From the IMG/VR virus record IMGVR_UViG_3300032237_000198, positions 1 through 36,833 of that record: 36,833 bases of DNA. The stretch is one strand, 5' to 3'. Position 1 is the stretch's first letter, and each line of letters starts with the position of its first letter. Below, piece by piece: positions 34,158-36,833 of the stretch. The position numbers and the translations under genes are program-made. The notes below the pieces were generated by a model. The model saw nothing but the letters and a program-made list of their open reading frames with translations, did not search any database and had not been told where the DNA came from. The DNA comes from a virus (Duplodnaviria; Caudoviricetes).

Positions 34158-35252
34158 ATGCCGAATTTTACAGCAGGAACAAGTTTTGGTGTAAACGACA
34201 CAGTAACCAATACAAAGCTTAACGCTTTGATTGCGGATGCCACTATAAATCCAGAGTATGCATTAAGCATAAATACTGGAACAGTTGGAACGCTTTCTTC
34301 TACCAAGGGGACAATTGCTACATTCAATAGCACTACTGGAACTGTTGCTACGCTCAATACCACTACTGGATCTGTCCAAACATTAAGTGCTGGAACATTG
34401 GCAACCAACCTAACTGGTGGCACTTATTCTGGTCTAATTAACTCAAGTACTGGAACATATTCTGGCCTAATTAACTCAAGCACTGGAACATATTCTGGAT
34501 CAATCGGAACAGCCAGAAGCCTAACTGCTGGAACAATTCAGACTCTTACTGCCAGCACGTTGACAGGCGTTTTAACAGGAGGAACATATACTGGATCATT
34601 TTCACTTGGAACATCGTGCAATTTTACAGCTGGAACTATTAATAATTTTACATCTTCAAGCAATGCAAGAATAGCTGGGATTACAGTTGGATCTGGAGCA
34701 GGACAGGCGAATGTTGCAATTGGAGATACTACTCTTGGGAGCAATAATACTGGAACATTAAACACTGGTGTTGGAAATTATTCATTGCAATCAAATACAA
34801 GCGGAAGTTTTAATAGCGCATTTGGAACCTTATCTCTTACAGTAAATGCTGGTGGATCATTTAATTCTGGATTTGGAGTTGGATCAATCGATTCAAATAC
34901 TTCTGGAGATTACAATAGCGCATTGGGATATAACGCATTGGCAGATAATACAACTGGAGCAAGAAATACAGCAATTGGATTTTCTGCTGGAGGTGCAATT
35001 ACAACTGGAACAGCAAATGTTTGCATTGGAGCAACATCAGGTGTTAGTGCTGGAACAATATCAAACTCAATTTCAATTGGATATGGAGCAACTTCTCAAT
35101 TAAGTGGAGAAATTGCCTTTACATCAAGTCTTTCAACAAAAACAAATATTGGAGCAAATGGTGCAGCAACTGCGCTTACAGCACTTCCAGTAGGATATAT
35201 TAGAATTAGGATTGGATCTACTGCATATCAAATTCCATATTATAATGTATAA
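34158..35252 (+). CDS. Tail fibre / spike protein
   Basis: N-terminal VTNTKLN anchor, Thr/Gly-rich repeats, 14-aa N-x-A/G-x-G repeats, C-terminal GYIRIRIG...IPYY. Confidence 0.8.
   Translation: MPNFTAGTSFGVNDTVTNTKLNALIADATINPEYALSINTGTVGTLSSTKGTIATFNSTTGTVATLNTTTGSVQTLSAGTLATNLTGGTYSGLINSSTGTYSGLINSSTGTYSGSIGTARSLTAGTIQTLTASTLTGVLTGGTYTGSFSLGTSCNFTAGTINNFTSSSNARIAGITVGSGAGQANVAIGDTTLGSNNTGTLNTGVGNYSLQSNTSGSFNSAFGTLSLTVNAGGSFNSGFGVGSIDSNTSGDYNSALGYNALADNTTGARNTAIGFSAGGAITTGTANVCIGATSGVSAGTISNSISIGYGATSQLSGEIAFTSSLSTKTNIGANGAATALTALPVGYIRIRIGSTAYQIPYYNV
34422..34499 (+). repeat. 33-bp tandem repeat encoding TYSGLINSSTG (~2.4 copies)
   Basis: acttattctggtctaattaactcaagtactgga / acatattctggcctaattaactcaagcactgga / acatattctgga. 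Confidence 0.85.
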
Positions 35253-35258
35253 AAATAA

Positions 35259-36209
35259 ATGACGCTCACAGAAATAGCTCAATTTGCAGGCGAGAAGATT
35301 GGCAAGACCGATGCTGATACGCTTACGTTTCTACAAAAATCAGCAGCCCTAAACTATCGGCGTGTTTGGAACTTTGCCCCATGGCGAGAGACGATTACAA
35401 ATTCGACGTATGGGATTACGGATGTCGCACAAATTGTTATTTCTGGAGCAGGAACTCCAACTTCAAATGGAACTTATTCAAGAACATCTTTTGGAACAAA
35501 TACATTTAACTCAACAAGCGGAAATGGAAACTATATAAATTATTATGCTGGCACATGGTTTCTTTATGATGCAAGTCAAGATTTGGATACATATAGAAAT
35601 AGTTTAAGCACATCAACAAGTTTTGACACATGGTATCAACAAGATGGAAACTTTCCTCCACCCAATTCAGCGGTAACCCTCAGCAGGACTGTTACCTTAG
35701 GAACAAACGTTGAAGCTCCTCTTTCCGTAGCATTTGGGGACGACGAGCTTACTCCAATGGATTTGGCAACAATCATATCGCAGGATGCAGATCTTCTTGA
35801 CATAAGTAGGACAGGCACGCCACAGGCATATTATTTCAAGGGTCGCAATTCTTCAGGAATTGCAGAAATTGACGTTTACCCAGGTCTAGATACAGCAAGT
35901 ACAACCACTCTTAAGGTAATCGAAAAACTCCAATGCCTAACTCGCTCAAACTACGTTGTAGACTTCCCTCCATCAACAAATGCCCTTGGCGACGAACTTC
36001 GCCTTCCGCATGTAAGTCATGTTGTATTGGCCTTAACACATGCAGATGCACTCGAACGCGAACGTCAATATGGGAAGGCACAGCTTGTTGTTCAAACAGC
36101 GAATACCGATCTTTCGTCTATGGCGAATTACGAATTGAGCCAGGTTGGTGGAATGAAGCAAATCACTCCATCTCCACTTGGTGAACTTGGTTTAGAAGAG
36201 ATCATCTAA
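35259..36209 (+). CDS. Head-tail adaptor / tail tubular protein A-like, with a probable inserted domain
   Basis: MTLTEI, WNFAPW, GTPQAYY, IDVYP, LRLP...HVV; directly upstream of the nozzle gene. Confidence 0.7.
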   Translation: MTLTEIAQFAGEKIGKTDADTLTFLQKSAALNYRRVWNFAPWRETITNSTYGITDVAQIVISGAGTPTSNGTYSRTSFGTNTFNSTSGNGNYINYYAGTWFLYDASQDLDTYRNSLSTSTSFDTWYQQDGNFPPPNSAVTLSRTVTLGTNVEAPLSVAFGDDELTPMDLATIISQDADLLDISRTGTPQAYYFKGRNSSGIAEIDVYPGLDTASTTTLKVIEKLQCLTRSNYVVDFPPSTNALGDELRLPHVSHVVLALTHADALERERQYGKAQLVVQTANTDLSSMANYELSQVGGMKQITPSPLGELGLEEII

Positions 36210-36213
36210 AGTC

Positions 36214-36833
36214 ATGCCGTACTTCACGGATGCAACAGATGATGTTTTGTCAGTAGCCGTCACTCCAAGTTTTGATGGTGGGCAGGTATCAGGAATTACT
36301 CCAAACCTAATTGCTGATAACGCAGCTTCCGAGCTGCTTAACATGACCATTTCGCCCAATGGCAATCTTCAGACTCGCCAAGGTATTGAGACAGTTTCGA
36401 CAAGCTTTTCTACGGCAAACACAATTCAAGGCATGTTTTATTTTGATACACCTGATATTGAAACAATTATTTTAGCCACAAATGGAACTCTTTATAAGTA
36501 CAACACTGGTTCAACCACATTTTCCACAACTGGTGGGACAGTAGTAAATTCATCAGCTCAAATAGAATTTGCACAGTTGAACAATAAATTGTTTTTTGCA
36601 GACGGAACAAGCAATCTTCAGTTTACAAATGGAACAAGTTCCTATAGGCAGGGAACAAGCATTCTTTCAATAACTGTATCAACGCAGGGAAAGGGGTATA
36701 CTGGATCAACAGCTGCCGTTACAATTGGCGCACCAGACCTAGCTTACGGAACAACTGCCAGCGCAATTGCAACAGTAACAGGCGGAACAGTATCTGGAGT
36801 TATTGTTACAAATGCTGGATCTGGATATACATC
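36214..36833 (+). CDS. Tail nozzle protein, 5' part (continues at the window start)
   Basis: Open frame MPYFTD...SFDGGQ...NMTISPNGNLQTRQG with no stop before the window end. Confidence 0.8.
   Translation, partial: MPYFTDATDDVLSVAVTPSFDGGQVSGITPNLIADNAASELLNMTISPNGNLQTRQGIETVSTSFSTANTIQGMFYFDTPDIETIILATNGTLYKYNTGSTTFSTTGGTVVNSSAQIEFAQLNNKLFFADGTSNLQFTNGTSSYRQGTSILSITVSTQGKGYTGSTAAVTIGAPDLAYGTTASAIATVTGGTVSGVIVTNAGSGYT
36711..36833. repeat. Terminal direct repeat, copy 2
   Basis: Identical to bases 1-123. Confidence 0.97.

Noticed and set aside
32658-35252. Diversity-generating retroelement acting on the lectin or fibre genes
   Set aside because: No reverse transcriptase and no template/variable repeat pair with adenine-specific mismatches seen
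1-36833. Stop-codon reassignment
   Set aside because: Core genes are intact under the standard code, coding density is high, and TAA, TGA and TAG are all used as stops

Overview
The window is an apparently complete, circularly permuted genome of a tailed dsDNA phage with podovirus-like organisation. Bases 1-123 are identical to 36711-36833, giving a unique length of about 36,710 bp, and the tail nozzle gene reads in frame across the junction. Modules on the + strand: nozzle and internal/ejection proteins plus a GH108-like lysozyme (1-8.1 kb); recombination and nucleotide genes (8.5-11.4 kb); an accessory region with a 3D-domain protein, two glycosyltransferases and a C5 DNA methyltransferase (11.4-17.9 kb); primase, helicase and a putative origin (18-20.1 kb); small basic proteins. 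A short minus-strand module (21-23.1 kb) is followed by terminases, holin/spanins, portal, an FkbM methyltransferase, scaffold, N4-gp56-like capsid, decoration/fibre genes and adaptor. I recognised no DNA polymerase, RNA polymerase, integrase, tRNA or CRISPR array. The most notable signals are: (1) a C5-MTase with an overprinted +1-frame EcoHK31I-beta-like gene and about 7 tandem TRD-like modules; (2) near-absence of CCGG, with the only three sites I found lying inside that MTase gene; (3) a recurring promoter geometry (-10 box, 6 nt, ATG) implying leaderless mRNAs; (4) two candidate structured ncRNAs; (5) a dispersed glycosylation/O-methylation gene set. All protein calls come from motif recognition by eye, not from database searches.
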